Source: Candidatus Latescibacterota bacterium (GTDB lineage: Bacteria; Latescibacterota; UBA2968; UBA8231). From it: a DNA stretch of 64,000 bases. The position numbers were made by a program, and so were the translations under genes. The notes under the pieces were generated by a model. It was not told the origin of the DNA, ran no database searches, and saw only the letters and a program-made list of their open reading frames with translations. The stretch spans positions 2,208,001 to 2,272,000 of the forward strand of contig OZ242005.1 of NCBI GenBank assembly GCA_965204725.1, written 5' to 3'. This document shows positions 45,348 to 54,749 of the stretch, piece after piece (the first letter of the stretch is position 1; each line of letters starts with the position of its first letter).

Positions 45348-46193
45348 ATGCGTATCGACGCCCACCTACACGTCTTCGCCCGTCCCAGCGCCGAATTCCC
45401 ACGCGAGATCACCCCGAGCATGCCCGCCGAGCGCGAAGCACCCGTCGAGGCACTCTTGGCGCAGATGGCCGCCCACGCCATCGACAAGGCCGTGCTCGTG
45501 CAAACCGGCGGCACCAGCCTCGCGCATCACGCCTATTTACAACACTGCCTACGCACCTATCCCGACCGCTTCTTGGGTATCGGCTTGATACCGCCCGACG
45601 CGCCCGCGCCTGCCGACCAGATGGACCGCCTCGCTGAAGACGGCTCGATCATCGGCTTCCGGCTCCGCTCGCTCGGCGACTTTTCTCGTCCTATCTGGGA
45701 ACACGCCGCCCGCCAAGACTACGTGCTCTGGCTCTACCTGCGCGCGGACGCTGCCCGGCGGCTGCCCCAGTTCCTCACGGCTTTTCCCCAAGTGCGCGTC
45801 GTGATCAATCACCTCATGGTCTGCCCACGTGCGGATCGGTTTACTTGGGACGCCAAGGGCCGTCCGCAAATCGACGTGGAGATGCCGCCGCCGACCGGAC
45901 TCCTCGGCCCCGCGCCCGATTCGCCCAACGTCTGCGTCCACCTATCGGGCCAATACGCCATGAGCAAGGCGGCCTATCCCTATCTCGACTTGGCCGCTTG
46001 GCACCGCCGCCTGCTGTCCGCTTTTGGGGCCGCCCGCCTGCTATGGGCTTCGGATTTTCCTTGGATTGTAGCCGATCCCGGCTACGGAAAGTGCGTCGAG
46101 GTGCTCGACCACCTGCTGCCCGACCTGAGCAGCGGTCAGCGCCAACTCATCATGGGCGAGACCGCCCGGCACTTCCTCGGCTTTGGGGATTAA
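45348..46193 (+). CDS. Amidohydrolase family 2 (lactonase-like)
   Basis: IDAHLH, VINHL and WASDFP motifs. Confidence 0.88.
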   Translation: MRIDAHLHVFARPSAEFPREITPSMPAEREAPVEALLAQMAAHAIDKAVLVQTGGTSLAHHAYLQHCLRTYPDRFLGIGLIPPDAPAPADQMDRLAEDGSIIGFRLRSLGDFSRPIWEHAARQDYVLWLYLRADAARRLPQFLTAFPQVRVVINHLMVCPRADRFTWDAKGRPQIDVEMPPPTGLLGPAPDSPNVCVHLSGQYAMSKAAYPYLDLAAWHRRLLSAFGAARLLWASDFPWIVADPGYGKCVEVLDHLLPDLSSGQRQLIMGETARHFLGFGD

Positions 46194-47203
46194 CGCGCCG
46201 ATTCATTTTGCCCCACTTCGACGGCGCGCAATTTCTTCACCGCCTGCCCCACACCGCGCACCATCTCGGGCATCCCACGACCGCTGATGGCCGAGACCAA
46301 AAATCGCGGCGCACGCAGGTTGCCAAAAGGGTCTTTGAACTCCGCGTCTGGTCCCAACAAGTCAGCTTTGGTCAGCGCAATGCCAGCGGGCTTGTGGCGC
46401 ATTCCAGCGTCGAAAAATTCCAACTCGCGGCGGAGGGCCTCCAGCTCGCCACACAGGTCCGGGCCGGTGCAATCAATGGCAAACAGCAGGATGCGCGTGC
46501 GCTCAATGTGGCGCAAAAATCGCGTCCCCAAGCCCTTGCCCTCGTGAGCACCCTCGATCAGCCCCGGCAAGTCGGCCAACACAAAGCTCTCGCCCTCGGC
46601 CCATTGCACAATCCCCAAGTTCGGCTCCAAGGTCGTAAAGGGATAGTCGGCAATTTTGGGACGAGCCGCAGAAAGCCGCGCCAGCAGCGTGGATTTGCCC
46701 GCGTTGGGGAAGCCCACCAGCCCGACATCCGCCAGCAACTTTAGCTCTAGCCGCACCACCATTTGCGCGCCCTCTTGCCCGGGGTCGGCGCGCCGTGGGG
46801 CCTGTACGCGCGCCGTGGCAAAGCGGGCATTGCCGCGGCCCCCGCGCCCGCCCGCCAGCAGCACCAGCTCTTGCCCATCCTCGACCATGTCGCGGATCAG
46901 CGCGCCCTTTTCGTCGCGCAAGATGGTGCCCGGCGGCACGCATATAACCGCGTGCTCGCCGCGCCGACCTGTCTTGCCCTTGCCCTCGCCGTGGGCGCCG
47001 CGGCCGGCGCGGAGGTGGCGTTGGTAGCGGAAATCGTGCAGCGTGTTTAGCTGGGCATCGACGCGAAAGATCACATCGCCCCCGTCGCCCCCGTCGCCCC
47101 CATCCGGGCCGCCTCGTGGCACGTACTTCTCGCGCCGAAACGAACAGCAGCCGCGGCCGCCATGGCCCGACTCCACCGCGATGGTCACTTCGTCGATGAA
47201 CAT
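46190..47203 (-). CDS. obgE: GTPase ObgE
   Basis: FRREKYVPRGGPDGGDGG, GFPNAGKST, YPFTTL and DLPG motifs. Confidence 0.97.
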   Translation of the reverse strand: MFIDEVTIAVESGHGGRGCCSFRREKYVPRGGPDGGDGGDGGDVIFRVDAQLNTLHDFRYQRHLRAGRGAHGEGKGKTGRRGEHAVICVPPGTILRDEKGALIRDMVEDGQELVLLAGGRGGRGNARFATARVQAPRRADPGQEGAQMVVRLELKLLADVGLVGFPNAGKSTLLARLSAARPKIADYPFTTLEPNLGIVQWAEGESFVLADLPGLIEGAHEGKGLGTRFLRHIERTRILLFAIDCTGPDLCGELEALRRELEFFDAGMRHKPAGIALTKADLLGPDAEFKDPFGNLRAPRFLVSAISGRGMPEMVRGVGQAVKKLRAVEVGQNESAR

Positions 47204-47210
47204 GGGCCGA

Positions 47211-48593
47211 CTAGTATTCTTCCGGCTCCGTGCGCCAGTCAGGGGCCATCATCTCGTAGGTGGCACTTTCCTTGTTCCACATCAGAGGCACCGAGTCAAC
47301 CGGGCCGTTGCGCTGCTTGCCGACGATGATCTCGGCAGTGCCCTCAAGACTCTCGCCATCCGGGGACTTGAGCCCGTACATCTCCGGGCGATAGATGAAC
47401 ATCACCACATCGGCGTCCTGCTCCAAGCTGCCCGATTCCCGCAAGTCCGAAAGCTGGGGCCGCCGGTCCGTGCGGCTTTCTACGGCGCGCGACAACTGCG
47501 ACAAGGCCAAAACCGGCATGTCCAATTCTTTAGCCATGGCCTTGAGGCCGCGCGAGATCTGCGAAATCTCCTGCTCGCGGCTTTGGGTCCTAAGATGACC
47601 GCTCATTAGCTGGAGGTAGTCGATCACGACCATGCCAATCCCGTACTCGCGCAGTTGTCGTCGCGCCTTGGCCCGCGCTTCGAGCACTGAGATACCCGGG
47701 GTGTCGTCTATGTAGATCGGTGCTTGGGCTAAGCGGTCGATATTGCGCGTTAGGTGCATCCAATCGTCTTCGGTCAGCCGACCGGTGCGGAGCTTGTGCA
47801 AATCGACCTTGGTCTCCGCGCTGAGCAGGCGCTGGGCCAGTTGCATCTTAGACATTTCCAAGCTGAAAATCGCCACCCCGACTCCGGCATCCACGGCCGC
47901 ATTGCGCGCCAGCGTCAGCGCGAGGGCTGTCTTGCCGACGCTGGGCCGCGCCGCGAGAATGATCAGATCGCCCTTCTGAAAGCCCGACGTCAGGTCGTTG
48001 AGATTGGCAAAGCCCGTATCCACCCCCAAGACCGTGTCCGTCTTGGCGTGGATGCGCTCAATGTGCTCGAACGCGTCGCCCATCACCTTGTCGAGCGGCT
48101 CAAAGCCCTCGCCGATTTGGTTTTCGCTCAGGCTGAAAAGCTGCTGCTCGGCCTTGTCGATCAGGGTCTGGACATCCTCGTCGGCCGCGTACGCCCGCTC
48201 GCTGATCTCGCTGGCGACTTCGATCAACTTGCGGCTTAGTGCCTTCTCAAAAACGATCCGCGCGTGAAAGTCTATATTGGCCGCCGTGGCGACCTCAGAC
48301 CCCAGCTTGGCCAGATAGACGACCCCGCCGACATCGTCGAGTTGGCCGCGGCGCTTGAGCTCTTCGGTCAGGGTCAGCTGATCAACGGCCGTGCCCTGCT
48401 CAAACAGGGTGTGCATGGCCTCGAATATCCGACCGTGTGAGGCGTGATAAAAACAGCTTTTGTCGAGGATTTCAAAGGCGCGGCTAAGGGCTTGCTGCTC
48501 TAGCATCATCGCCCCGAGCACGGCCTGCTCGACCTCTACGGCCTGCGGCGGCATCCGCCCGAGATCTTGCGTCTGCGTTGGACTCTGGGTCAT
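47211..48593 (-). CDS. dnaB: Replicative DNA helicase DnaB
   Basis: AARPSVGKT, FSLEM, DYLQL, LRESGSLEQDAD and KQRNG motifs; no intein. Confidence 0.97.
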   Translation of the reverse strand: MTQSPTQTQDLGRMPPQAVEVEQAVLGAMMLEQQALSRAFEILDKSCFYHASHGRIFEAMHTLFEQGTAVDQLTLTEELKRRGQLDDVGGVVYLAKLGSEVATAANIDFHARIVFEKALSRKLIEVASEISERAYAADEDVQTLIDKAEQQLFSLSENQIGEGFEPLDKVMGDAFEHIERIHAKTDTVLGVDTGFANLNDLTSGFQKGDLIILAARPSVGKTALALTLARNAAVDAGVGVAIFSLEMSKMQLAQRLLSAETKVDLHKLRTGRLTEDDWMHLTRNIDRLAQAPIYIDDTPGISVLEARAKARRQLREYGIGMVVIDYLQLMSGHLRTQSREQEISQISRGLKAMAKELDMPVLALSQLSRAVESRTDRRPQLSDLRESGSLEQDADVVMFIYRPEMYGLKSPDGESLEGTAEIIVGKQRNGPVDSVPLMWNKESATYEMMAPDWRTEPEEY

Positions 48594-48610
48594 GGTTCAG
48601 CTCCAAAAAT

Positions 48611-49300
48611 TCAGAGATCGACTCCGTCGTAGAGCTTCCGCACCCGCTTGATGTCCTCCCAAGTCGGGCGCTTCCACTGGGGATTGCGCAAGAGGGCCGC
48701 CGGGTGATACGTGGCCACCAAGGGGATGCCCTCGTAGTGGTGAGACTGGCCGCGCAACCGGCCCATAGGCTCGCGGCTGCGGAGCAGGGTTTGCGCGGCA
48801 AACCGGCCCAAGGTGCAGATGACGCGGGGCTGGACAATTTCGATCTGGCGCTTGAGATACGGCTCGCACTGCTCGATCTCGTCGGGCTGGGGGTCGCGGT
48901 TATTCGGGGGGCGGCACTTGAGTATGTTGCAGATATAGACCTCGTCGCGGGATAGGCCCATGGCTTCGATGATCTTAGTCAGCAGTTGACCGGCTTTCCC
49001 CACAAAGGGCTGGCCCGCGCGGTCTTCCTCGGCCCCTGGGGCCTCGCCGATGAACAGGATACCGGCCGCTGGATCGCCGCTGCCAAACACGAACTGCTGC
49101 CGCGTCGCCCCCAGCCGACAGCGGGTACAATCGCAAATCTGACGGCGAAAGGCCTCCAGCGCACCGACGGCTGGTTCCTCCGCACTAGGCGCGGCAGCCG
49201 GCTCCGGCTCCAGTCCGGTGAATTGGGTCCCTTCAAAGGCCACTAAGTCGGACAAATAGCGCCGGGCCTCGCCCAGCACATCCTCGTTCTGCTCTTTCAT
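48611..49300 (-). CDS. Uracil-DNA glycosylase family 4
   Basis: [19 protein letters not shown] and YHPAA motifs. Confidence 0.93.
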   Translation of the reverse strand: MKEQNEDVLGEARRYLSDLVAFEGTQFTGLEPEPAAAPSAEEPAVGALEAFRRQICDCTRCRLGATRQQFVFGSGDPAAGILFIGEAPGAEEDRAGQPFVGKAGQLLTKIIEAMGLSRDEVYICNILKCRPPNNRDPQPDEIEQCEPYLKRQIEIVQPRVICTLGRFAAQTLLRSREPMGRLRGQSHHYEGIPLVATYHPAALLRNPQWKRPTWEDIKRVRKLYDGVDL

Positions 49301-49332
49301 GGCAATATCCTCAATTTCTTCTCAAACTCCCA

Positions 49333-50523
49333 TCACCTGCGTCGCGTCTGTACCCAGTCGAGGATGCGGTCGGCGACCGCTGATTTGCTCAGCAGGGGGA
49401 GTGCTTCCTCGCGGCCGGCCGCGTCGATTAGGGTGACGCGGTTGGTGTCGCCCGCGAAACCAGCTCCTGTGTCGTTGAGCATGTTGAGCGCGACTAAGTC
49501 GCCTCCCTTGCGGGCCAGCTTCTCCCGCGCCCGCGCCAGCCCCTGTTCCGTCTCCATCGCAAAGACGACCAGCAGCCGCTGGCCCTTGCGCCGACCCAAC
49601 CCGGCGGCAATGTCCGGGTTTTCGACCAACTCAATGGAGCGGGACGCTGCGCCGCGCTTGATTTTTTGCGCGGCCACCTCCTTGGCGCGGTAGTCGGCTG
49701 GGGCCGCGGCCAAAATCGCTCCATCGACCTGCTCAAATAAGGCTTCGACCACGCGCTGCATGTCGAGCGTCGAGCGCACCAACTGCCGCTCCACGCCAGC
49801 CGGCACCGGCAGGGCGGTCGGCCCGGACACCAGCCATACGCCGGCCCCGCGGGCCGCGGCTCGCTCGGCTATTGCATAGCCCATCTTGCCGGACGAGCGA
49901 TTGGAAATAAAGCGCACTGGATCGAGGTCCTCGACCGTGGGGCCGGCCGTTACCAGCAGCTTCAGCCCATCCAAGTCGCCGCTAAAATGCGCGGCCACCG
50001 CCGCGACCAACTCCGCTGGCTCGGGCAGCCGCCCGCGACCCACAGCACCCGATGCCAAAGGCCCGACCCCCGGATCAATTAGGTGGAACCCCCGCTGCGC
50101 CAAGGTTTGCACATTGGCCTCGACCGCAGCATTGGCGAACATGGTTTCTTCCATCGACGGAGCCAGCAAAACGGGCCTATCCGCGCACAACAACACCGAG
50201 GACAGCAAGTCGTCGGCCAAGCCGCCGGCGACGCGCCCCAAGCAGTGCGCCGTGGCCGGTACGACCAAAATCAAGTCGGCCCACTCGGCCAACCCCACGT
50301 GCAGAACGGGAAATTCCGCAGCGCGGCCGAACAAGTCGCGGTACACCGGATGACGCGAAAGCACCTCCAGCGTCTTGGGAGCGACAAACTCGCCAGCCGC
50401 ACGGGTCAGCACGACCCGCACCTCGGCCCCAGCAGCGGTCAGCAGCCGCACGATCTCCGGCGTCTTGTACGCGGCAATGCCGCCGGTGATCCCGAGCAGG
50501 ATGTTGCGGCCCTGCAAGCTCAT
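49333..50523 (-). CDS. coaBC: Bifunctional phosphopantothenoylcysteine decarboxylase/synthetase
   Basis: GITGGIAAYK and TAGPT.E.LDPVRFISNRSSGKMG motifs; start ATG 50523 coupled to the cmk stop. Confidence 0.96.
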   Translation of the reverse strand: MSLQGRNILLGITGGIAAYKTPEIVRLLTAAGAEVRVVLTRAAGEFVAPKTLEVLSRHPVYRDLFGRAAEFPVLHVGLAEWADLILVVPATAHCLGRVAGGLADDLLSSVLLCADRPVLLAPSMEETMFANAAVEANVQTLAQRGFHLIDPGVGPLASGAVGRGRLPEPAELVAAVAAHFSGDLDGLKLLVTAGPTVEDLDPVRFISNRSSGKMGYAIAERAAARGAGVWLVSGPTALPVPAGVERQLVRSTLDMQRVVEALFEQVDGAILAAAPADYRAKEVAAQKIKRGAASRSIELVENPDIAAGLGRRKGQRLLVVFAMETEQGLARAREKLARKGGDLVALNMLNDTGAGFAGDTNRVTLIDAAGREEALPLLSKSAVADRILDWVQTRRR

Positions 50524-51053
50524 GGCCGATCGAGACACGCCAAGATGCGCGCACAGGCGGCTTGGGGATCGCAGCACTCGGTATCGACGACCAAGTCGTA
50601 CACCGACAAGTCGCTTAGGGCGATTTGGTGATGCGCTGCAAAGCGCTGGGCCTCAGACGCCTCGCGCTGGCGCGTTTCCGCGAGGGCTTGCGCCAGCGGC
50701 TTGCCCTCGCGCTGCCCCACGCGCTCGGCCCGCACGGCGAGTGCCGCTTGCAGCCAGACCTTGAGGGCCGGAAGTTGGTGCCGCTGGGCCATCCAGCCGG
50801 TGACTCTCCCTTCAACGACGACCGGGGCGCGCTCCCGCGCTTGCGCGACTAAGCGCAGGTCGAGCTGGCGGTCAATGCAGCCATCGGCTTCGGCCCGCCG
50901 GCCCAGCTCGGCCAAGCTCAAGCCCGCCTCTTGCGCCAGCCCCCGAAAGATGGCCCCGGCGTTGACATAAGCCCAGCCCAGCCGCGCACACAGCCGGTCG
51001 CACACCGTAGTGGTGCCGCTGCCAGCCAAGCCGCTGATGGTAATGACTTGCAT
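50520..51053 (-). CDS. cmk: Cytidylate kinase, archaeal type
   Basis: ITISGLAGSGTTT, AGAIFR, IDRQLD, VVEGR and YDLVVDT motifs; ~177 aa. Confidence 0.8.
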   Translation of the reverse strand: MQVITISGLAGSGTTTVCDRLCARLGWAYVNAGAIFRGLAQEAGLSLAELGRRAEADGCIDRQLDLRLVAQARERAPVVVEGRVTGWMAQRHQLPALKVWLQAALAVRAERVGQREGKPLAQALAETRQREASEAQRFAAHHQIALSDLSVYDLVVDTECCDPQAACARILACLDRP

Positions 51054-51058
51054 GGGTC

Positions 51059-52027
51059 TCACGCCAAGTTTTGCACCTGCTCGCGCAGCCGCTCGATTTC
51101 CTCTTTGATCTCGACCACGCAATGGGCGATCTCAGCGTCTGCGGCCTTGGCGCTCATGGTGTTGGCTTCGCGGTTCATTTCCTGCAAGAGAAAGTTCAGG
51201 CGCTTCCCCACCTCGCCTCCCTGCGCCAAGGCCGCGAGGAACTGGGCGTTGTGGCTGCGGCCGCGCACGATCTCTTCGACGATGTCGCTGCGCTCGGCGA
51301 TCAGGGCGATCTCCGTGGCGAGGCGATCTTCGGCCACCGCCCCGGGCGCGAGCAAAGCGGCGACCTTTTCGCGCAGCCGCTCGGCGACTTGTCCCCGGGT
51401 CGCCTGCGCACGCGCGGCCACGCGCTCCAGATGCCCCTCGATAGCCTCGACGCGGTCTTGCAGATCGGCGGCGAGGGCCTGGCCTTCGGCCGAGCGCATG
51501 GCTACCAACTCGGCCAGCGCTTGGTCCAACCCCGCCCACAGTACCTCTTGTACGACCGCGCTATCTAGTGGTATGGCTTGGACGCGAAAGAGCTTGGGCA
51601 GCTTCGCCAGCAGCACCCGCTCGACCCCGACGTCGAGCCGTTCTAGCCCCTTGAAACGCGCAAAAAACGCCTTCTGCCGCGGCAGCGTTGCCCGGCTCTC
51701 CGCGGCTTCGATGTGGGTCAATTCAGCGAGCCGCCGCAGTTGGGCCAGATAGTGCTTGGCGGCCTCCTCGTCTAGCTGGGGCAGAGCCTCCAACGGGCTT
51801 TCCTCGGCCCAAGCGATGTGCGCGCTAATTTTGCCGCGGCCGACCCGCGCCTGAATCCGCTCGCGGATGGCCGCCTCAAAGGACTGGAGGTCGGCTGGGC
51901 AGCGCACCTGTATATCGAGGTAGCGGCTGTTGACCGACCGCAACTCGACGGCAAGCCGCCAACTCTGCCGTTCGACCGCGGCGCGGCCAAATCCGGTCAT
52001 ACTGTGGATGGAAACGGGCTCGGTCAT
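51059..52027 (-). CDS. yicC: YicC/YloC family endoribonuclease
   Basis: SMTGFG, SVNSRYLD, LQEMNREANT and REQVQN motifs. Confidence 0.93.
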   Translation of the reverse strand: MTEPVSIHSMTGFGRAAVERQSWRLAVELRSVNSRYLDIQVRCPADLQSFEAAIRERIQARVGRGKISAHIAWAEESPLEALPQLDEEAAKHYLAQLRRLAELTHIEAAESRATLPRQKAFFARFKGLERLDVGVERVLLAKLPKLFRVQAIPLDSAVVQEVLWAGLDQALAELVAMRSAEGQALAADLQDRVEAIEGHLERVAARAQATRGQVAERLREKVAALLAPGAVAEDRLATEIALIAERSDIVEEIVRGRSHNAQFLAALAQGGEVGKRLNFLLQEMNREANTMSAKAADAEIAHCVVEIKEEIERLREQVQNLA

Positions 52028-52102
52028 AATAGGTTCTCGTAAAGTTGACTGTGGTTGGTGAGTGAAGGAAGGTCGCTACGGAGCAAAACCCATGCAAGCG
52101 CG

Positions 52103-53344
52103 CTAGCGGCCTGGATCCACGGCAATGCGGACGATGGACGAAAAGCCATCAAGCCGCGCAAGCGCTTGGCCCTCAGGCGCGAATTTCAACAGCGCGGTGC
52201 CGGTCGCAATCCAAGCCCGCTGCTGCACCGCGTCGAACGACAGGGCACTACCCCCGGGCACGTCGGTCCAGTGCTGCTCCAAGGCCCCGTCGGCCGCGAA
52301 CAGCGCCAAGTCCCGTTCCCCTAGCACCCAGCAACTGCCGCGCACACCGTCCACGGCCAGCCCTACGGCTGCGGCAAAAGGCAACTCCACATCGAGCATG
52401 GTGCCCGTGCGGCCCAGTCGCGTCAAGCTGCGGCCCTCGCTGCCCAGCACCCACACCGGCCCCTCCGCACCGGCCGCCAACGCCTTGGGGGCCGCCAAGG
52501 CGCGGAATTCAGCAGCGCGCGTGCCGTCGGTCTGGTAAAACAGCACGCGACCTTGGGCTTGGTCGGCGATCCAGCAACCCCCGGCCTGCGCGACCAACGC
52601 CACGGGCTGGACAAAGGTCGCATCAACCGGGACTAGGGCGAGCGAATCGGCCGCGGTCAAGGAAAACCAAAAGACCCGCTGCCGCCCCGCGTCGATCAGC
52701 CAGCCAATCCGCGTCCCGGCGTCAATGGCCAAGTCCCCGGGCGTCTCCACAGCCGCAGCCAGCGCGACCAACGCGCCATCGCTCGGAATCCGGTACAGCC
52801 CGGCAAACCCCCGGTCGCTGACCCAACACGAGCCATCGGCCCCGTCGAGCGCAATCGTCGCCAAGTCGAAAAAGTGCCCTTGGGCAAAATGCGCTTGGCG
52901 CGCATCCGCGCTGACTTTCCACACCAGCCCAGAGTGGCGGTCGGCCACCCAAGCGACTTCCGGGCCGGGCGTCGCGAGCACGGGCCGGCCGCTGGGGCGC
53001 TCCCCTTCTCCGGCCACGAGCAAGTTGAGCTGGTACTCGTAGTTCGTCCCGTTTTGCACCTCGGCATCCGTGTATTCGGTCGCGTTCGGGGCCAGCACCG
53101 GCGTTACCGGCGTCCACTCGTCCTCGGGCTGACGGCGGTAGAGTCGGTAGCCTTCGACATCAAAAAAATGGGAAAAATGCCACTGCAACTCGACTTGGCC
53201 ATCGAGTGCCAAGGCCCGCAAATCTCGCTGTGGCTCGCTGTGCGGGTCTTTGGCTTGCGGATCGAGGGGATTGCGCCGCGGGCGGTCGCTGCAAGCCAAA
53301 ATCAGGACGCCGATGCAGCACCCTATCCAGAAGTTGCGGCTCAC
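52103..53344 (-). CDS. Lipoprotein with FN3-like and beta-propeller regions
   Basis: ILAC lipobox, NPLDP, GYRLYR and repeated WVAD/WVSD blades. Confidence 0.7.
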   Translation of the reverse strand: MSRNFWIGCCIGVLILACSDRPRRNPLDPQAKDPHSEPQRDLRALALDGQVELQWHFSHFFDVEGYRLYRRQPEDEWTPVTPVLAPNATEYTDAEVQNGTNYEYQLNLLVAGEGERPSGRPVLATPGPEVAWVADRHSGLVWKVSADARQAHFAQGHFFDLATIALDGADGSCWVSDRGFAGLYRIPSDGALVALAAAVETPGDLAIDAGTRIGWLIDAGRQRVFWFSLTAADSLALVPVDATFVQPVALVAQAGGCWIADQAQGRVLFYQTDGTRAAEFRALAAPKALAAGAEGPVWVLGSEGRSLTRLGRTGTMLDVELPFAAAVGLAVDGVRGSCWVLGERDLALFAADGALEQHWTDVPGGSALSFDAVQQRAWIATGTALLKFAPEGQALARLDGFSSIVRIAVDPGR

Positions 53345-53784
53345 GATCTAGACCTAAAAAAGAGCAGGTACGAACTGAGCACTATGCCTACTTCCATGCC
53401 GACAAACGCCGCGCCGGCCATGCGGTCAAAGCGCTTGGCCGCGGCCAATTCTCGCTCTTGATGCTTAGGGCTGGCCGAGCGCAAATAGCGGTCGTACGCA
53501 GCGTCGGCCCGTTCCTTGCTCCAATAGGCCACCGCGCCGGTCCCCACAGCCAAGGCCGCGCTCAAATACAGCTTCCGGCGCGAGCGTTTCTCCTCGCTCG
53601 GAGCCGCAGCAGTAGCTGGCATCGCCTGCGGCCTACGCAACGGCTGCTCGGCCCATTGCGCCGTCAAAGCTGCTTCCAACGGCACCAGCCGCAACGGTAG
53701 CTCCAACGATTCGGGCCGCGCCGGCGTACCACTCGTGGCTAGCGCCAGCAGCAGGCCGTAGGCAATCGTCTTGATCTTGTCCAC
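53341..53784 (-). CDS. Hypothetical exported/membrane protein
   Basis: Signal peptide and two hydrophobic segments; coupled to the downstream gene. Confidence 0.65.
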   Translation of the reverse strand: MDKIKTIAYGLLLALATSGTPARPESLELPLRLVPLEAALTAQWAEQPLRRPQAMPATAAAPSEEKRSRRKLYLSAALAVGTGAVAYWSKERADAAYDRYLRSASPKHQERELAAAKRFDRMAGAAFVGMEVGIVLSSYLLFFRSRS

Positions 53785-53859
53785 AAAATTCCTTTCAGAC
53801 GGACGCAGTGTTGCTGGCTCAACGCGTTATCTCGGGAATGGGTCGATTTGATGCCTAGG

Positions 53860-54243
53860 CTAGCGGTGGGCTTCGCTGGACAGCTCAACGGGACTTTTGC
53901 TTATCCACTCGGGGGCATGGAGCAGGACGGGTGCCCGGTCTTCGCCAGACCAAATTGGTTCGTCAAGCCCCCAGTAAAAGAAATGCACGCGCTTGCCATC
54001 GGGCAGTACCTTCTCGTTGATCTGGCCGCTCTTTGTGTAGAGCACGACGAGATCGCCTGATCTGACTTCCTTGTACGGAAACCAGTACGTATGATGCGTA
54101 GCTATCGTTACGCTATCGCCTTGGAAGTCCGACTGAATCAAGATGTAATCCCCGACATCCGTACCGGCTCGCACTCTCAAGACCAAGCGCTCTTTGTCCG
54201 CATGGCCCCGGTCTGCAATGTATTGAATGGCAAGTCTCATCAT
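53860..54243 (-). CDS. Hypothetical beta-rich protein, possibly lamin-tail-like fold
   Basis: Start re-placed at the ATGATGA overlap with the upstream gene; KERLVL, YWFP, VVLYTK and FYWG motifs. Confidence 0.65.
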   Translation of the reverse strand: MMRLAIQYIADRGHADKERLVLRVRAGTDVGDYILIQSDFQGDSVTIATHHTYWFPYKEVRSGDLVVLYTKSGQINEKVLPDGKRVHFFYWGLDEPIWSGEDRAPVLLHAPEWISKSPVELSSEAHR

Positions 54244-54671
54244 GACTCCTTTACTTTTTTTGCATAGATACCGCCACCGAGAAGGACTGCCCCCAATGCC
54301 CCTACAATCAACCCCAATGGTTCCGGCCAAGGTGCTTTTATCTGTCCTATCGCTAGGCCACCGCATGTCAGACATGTCCCAGATAGGATCTCAAGGGCCA
54401 ACTTTGTCTTACCTTTTTCTTCTAATACCGCCACCTTTTTGTCTGCTTCGTGAAAACGCTCCATATAGACCCTGTATTCTTCTTTTTCTGTTTCAAGACG
54501 ATCTAAATTGCCCACCAAGAGTTTCTGAACGGCTGGATTCGCCAAGTCTTCCTCTGTGAGTTCTCGTGGGATCTTCCGAAACGCCTGTAGAGCTTTCGAT
54601 CTGCTGACTCTAGATTCATTCCCAGTATCCTCATCTTCTTGGTCGAGGTTGTTAATATCCTGCTCTACCAT
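54240..54671 (-). CDS. Hypothetical coiled-coil protein with two C-terminal TM helices
   Basis: GGAGG RBS; charged N-terminus then two hydrophobic segments; AT-richer than flanks. Confidence 0.7.
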   Translation of the reverse strand: MVEQDINNLDQEDEDTGNESRVSRSKALQAFRKIPRELTEEDLANPAVQKLLVGNLDRLETEKEEYRVYMERFHEADKKVAVLEEKGKTKLALEILSGTCLTCGGLAIGQIKAPWPEPLGLIVGALGAVLLGGGIYAKKVKES

Positions 54672-54749
54672 GATGCCTCCGTTTCAGTGCGGGTGTGAGC
54701 CCTTTCAAAAGTATGCTGTCTCGACCCAAAGGGCGCAATAAGCCGCCGC

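Noticed and set aside
47211-48593. Intein in DnaB
   Set aside because: Length of 460 aa and continuous motifs leave no room for one.
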